The notes below the pieces were generated by a model that was not told the origin of the DNA, did not search any database, and saw nothing but the letters and a program-made list of their open reading frames with translations. The position numbers were made by a program, and so were the translations under genes. Below are positions 63,852 through 64,000 of a stretch of DNA of 64,000 bases, in pieces (positions within the stretch are counted from its first letter, which is position 1; every line of letters starts with the position of its first letter). The DNA comes from Phoronis australis (lineage: Eukaryota > Animalia > Phoronida). The DNA is taken from the NCBI GenBank assembly GCA_002633005.1, contig NMRA01000179.1, positions 493,831-557,830 on the forward strand, read 5' to 3'.

Positions 63852-64000
63852 CTGCAATATACATGTATCAATTTAGATACGGGCCTAAAGTAACAGAAAC
63901 ATGTAAGTCACGGCTTTCGATGAAGACGGATAAAGGTCCATGCAGCGTGATGTTTAAAAAAACAATGTCTTGGTTCAAATTTTGGGCTGAATCCCTTTGC

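Overview
Eukaryotic, intron-rich, AT-rich genomic DNA. It is probably from a marine invertebrate, inferred from the domain repertoire, repeat types and abundant TACATGTA. Nearly the whole window is the internal part of one large minus-strand gene. I assembled 36 domain-coding exons, plus 2 candidate linker exons, with GT-AG boundaries and consistent phases into one open frame of about 2,200 aa. Domain order: CTL-CCP-SUEL-CTL-CCP-CCP-SUEL-CCP-CCP-CCP-SUEL-FN2-CCP-CCP-[CCP-SUEL-SEA-CCP]x3-CCP-CCP. That is 16 sushi/CCP, 6 SUEL/rhamnose-lectin-like, 2 C-type lectin, 3 SEA and 1 fibronectin type II domains. The start codon, signal peptide and C-terminus are not identifiable here. Only the last SEA copy keeps a canonical autoproteolysis motif (FRCG|SIIV), assembled across an intron. 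A decayed sushi pseudo-exon lies near 5.7 kb. Introns contain decayed mobile elements (RTE LINE, RNase H-bearing LINE, Gypsy-type integrase, THAP fragment), MITE-like elements, dispersed repeats and tandem repeats. No rRNA, tRNA, CRISPR or prokaryotic features were seen. All coordinates were read by hand.
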